From: an uncultured virus (IMG/VR IMGVR_UViG_3300032116_000129)
Lineage: Duplodnaviria; Heunggongvirae; Uroviricota; Caudoviricetes
Length of the DNA: 64,000 bases
Virus record (IMG/VR): IMGVR_UViG_3300032116_000129
Reading direction: 5' to 3' (one strand)
The position numbers and the translations under genes were made by a program. Position 1 is the stretch's first letter; each line of letters starts with the position of its first letter. The notes beneath the pieces were generated by a model. It was given only the letters and a program-made list of their open reading frames with translations, ran no database searches and was not told the DNA's origin. Below, in pieces: positions 62,424-64,000 of this stretch.

Positions 62424-64000
62424 TTATCTTTGAAACTCTATACTACCATTTTCTGCAGTCATACGCCGCGTTGCCGTAATTGTGACATACTTTACGAAAT
62501 TTGATATAGTAGGGGTTGTAGCGAGATTTGTTGTGTTTTGCATCTGTAATACTAATTTAACAGTTTTTCCTCCTCCGTTGCCAATTCCCCATGAAGAACT
62601 AGGAAATGTAATATGCGAGTCTTGATCCATCGTCCACCAAATAGATCTAGCATTAGTCCCAAGCAATGATAATTCTTTAGTACTACTAGTACCTCCGGCA
62701 ATCCAATTATCGTATCTAGCGTCGCTATTCTGCAGCGACCCTGAATCGGCAGCGTACATTTGAAATCTTACCTGACCTTTATTATTTGTACTAGTAGCAG
62801 ATCCTGAAACGTAATGATTGAATGATATTAATAGATGCGTTTCATACGGTAATAAATGAAATACAAACGTACCTTTATCAATCCAACCGGTATCGTCTGA
62901 CGTTGATATTAAACTATATTCAGTTGATATAGTAGCGGCAACTTGTCGACCTAAATTAAAAAAGTCTGCATATCCTTCATCGGTGTTAATATTTGTATAT
63001 AACGGATTGTTTCCTATTTTTGTGCGAATTAACAAAGACGACCCTGATATTGTTCCATTAGATTTTAAATCTAATGCAGCTATCGATTGCGTAACGTTAG
63101 TTGTTGAGTATATTCGAGATGCGTCTAATGCAAATCCACCTATTTTTCCTCCGTCAAATAATACATCTGATCCTGTAATTTGTCCATTACTCTTAAGTAT
63201 TAAATTATTTCCAGTATCGTTTATTTGAGTTGAAGTTAATGCAAATCCACCAACAGTACCTCCGTTAAATAAAACGTTAGATCCAGTTATTGTACCATCC
63301 TGCTTAACATTAAATCTTGATGAAGATATAAAAAATGCAGATGCAGGGGTACCTCCTACAGAGCTTGATATAAAGAAAGTCGAACCTGCAGTAAATGCGT
63401 CATTTGAAAGAGTAAATGAACCTATTCTACCACCGTTAAAAAACACGTTTGAACCTGATACTGTTCCATCTTGTCTTACATTAAATCGGCTACTGCTTAT
63501 AAAGAATGCTGACGCTGGGGTACCGCCTACTGATGAAGATATAAAAAATGTACTTCCTGCTGTCAATGCATCGTTAGTTAAAGCAAATGAGCCGATTCTT
63601 CCTCCAGTAAATAATACTTGAGATCCAGTTACATTTCCATTTGCCTTTACATTAAAATTAGAAGCTGATATAAAAAATTGATTGCCGGTAGCAGATCCTG
63701 ATATAAAGAAGTTTGTGCTATTGGATAGAGTATCTCCGCTTATTGTAAATCCAGCAATAGTATTCAACGATCCTATGCTAACTAATCTAGTATTACCTGA
63801 ATTGTAAATTTCTAAGTTATCTCCGGTGAACTGCATACGAGCACCGCCTTGATCCCCTACACGGAAATTGTTAGTGGTATCTTTGCTCATGTATATACCA
63901 TCACCATTAGTGAAACTAGTAGCGCCTCCTAATTCAATTTCACCGGCAGTTGTGTTTACTGCAAAGTTTGTAGCGGTTAGTGAACTCGCTCCTATTGTAA
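62424..64000 (-). CDS. Tail fibre/spike-like protein, partial (frame stays open to the right edge)
   Basis: No stop upstream of track start 63890 (...TIGASSLTATNFAVNTTAGEIELGGATSFTNGDGIYMSKD...); GG.IG.F.L and G.ITGS repeats. Confidence 0.7.
   Translation of the reverse strand, partial: TIGASSLTATNFAVNTTAGEIELGGATSFTNGDGIYMSKDTTNNFRVGDQGGARMQFTGDNLEIYNSGNTRLVSIGSLNTIAGFTISGDTLSNSTNFFISGSATGNQFFISASNFNVKANGNVTGSQVLFTGGRIGSFALTNDALTAGSTFFISSSVGGTPASAFFISSSRFNVRQDGTVSGSNVFFNGGRIGSFTLSNDAFTAGSTFFISSSVGGTPASAFFISSSRFNVKQDGTITGSNVLFNGGTVGGFALTSTQINDTGNNLILKSNGQITGSDVLFDGGKIGGFALDASRIYSTTNVTQSIAALDLKSNGTISGSSLLIRTKIGNNPLYTNINTDEGYADFFNLGRQVAATISTEYSLISTSDDTGWIDKGTFVFHLLPYETHLLISFNHYVSGSATSTNNKGQVRFQMYAADSGSLQNSDARYDNWIAGGTSSTKELSLLGTNARSIWWTMDQDSHITFPSSSWGIGNGGGKTVKLVLQMQNTTNLATTPTISNFVKYVTITATRRMTAENGSIEFQR
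63260..63605 (-). repeat. Tandem intragenic duplication of about 57 aa (171 nt)
   Basis: GGRIGSF.L.NDA.TAGSTFFISSSVGGTPASAFFISSSRFNV.QDGT..GSNV.FN occurs twice with mostly synonymous differences. Confidence 0.8.

Noticed and set aside
3249..63228. All + strand ORFs in the track (e.g. 25033..25611, 48299..48664, 57006..57443, 14021..14365)
   Set aside because: They lie antisense within well-supported minus-strand genes, and their Pro/Ser/Ala-rich content mirrors Gly-, Glu- or repeat-rich codons.
1..64000. Stop-codon reassignment, CRISPR arrays, tRNAs, introns/inteins, integrase or transposase
   Set aside because: Core genes are full length in the standard code, intergenic gaps are too short, and no repeat-spacer arrays, cloverleafs or intein/homing motifs were seen by eye. 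tRNAscan and similar tools were not run.

Overview
64 kb of a large, AT-rich, T4-like myophage genome. All credible genes lie on the minus strand and read normally in the standard code. In transcription order (right to left) the window holds: a partial fibre-like gene; a cluster of small and medium proteins carrying L-x-E protease-type sites, including a HIGH-type nucleotidyltransferase/ligase-like fusion, a ParB/Srx-like protein and a HiPIP-like Cys protein; the head module (terminase, portal, core, gp21 protease, scaffold, major capsid); PhoH and an L,D-transpeptidase-like protein; neck gp13/14/15-like genes; about 19 kb of modular fibre and glycine-rich adhesin genes; sheath, tube, tail chaperone, tape measure and baseplate; then a replication block (divergent family-A polymerase, gp32-like SSB, RecA, 5'-3' exonuclease, DnaB-like helicase, class II NrdJ). 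TTWG-N20-TATATTWA promoters and the lack of Shine-Dalgarno sites point to a Bacteroidota host. Most notable observations: (i) about 14 unrelated proteins share capsid-targeting-like leader peptides ending in L-x-E, suggesting a large virion-packaged, protease-matured cargo set that includes enzymes; (ii) two start-less reading frames reachable only by frameshifting (A_AAA_AAG -1 at about 58790; U7 +1/-2 at about 17250); (iii) a late-promoter motif that is the reverse complement of the T4 late promoter, in one case sitting in the loop of a start-codon-occluding hairpin; (iv) a PolA-like enzyme lacking the steric-gate Glu; (v) a 7-nt phased repeat in the SSB leader. All calls come from motif recognition by eye; no searches were run.
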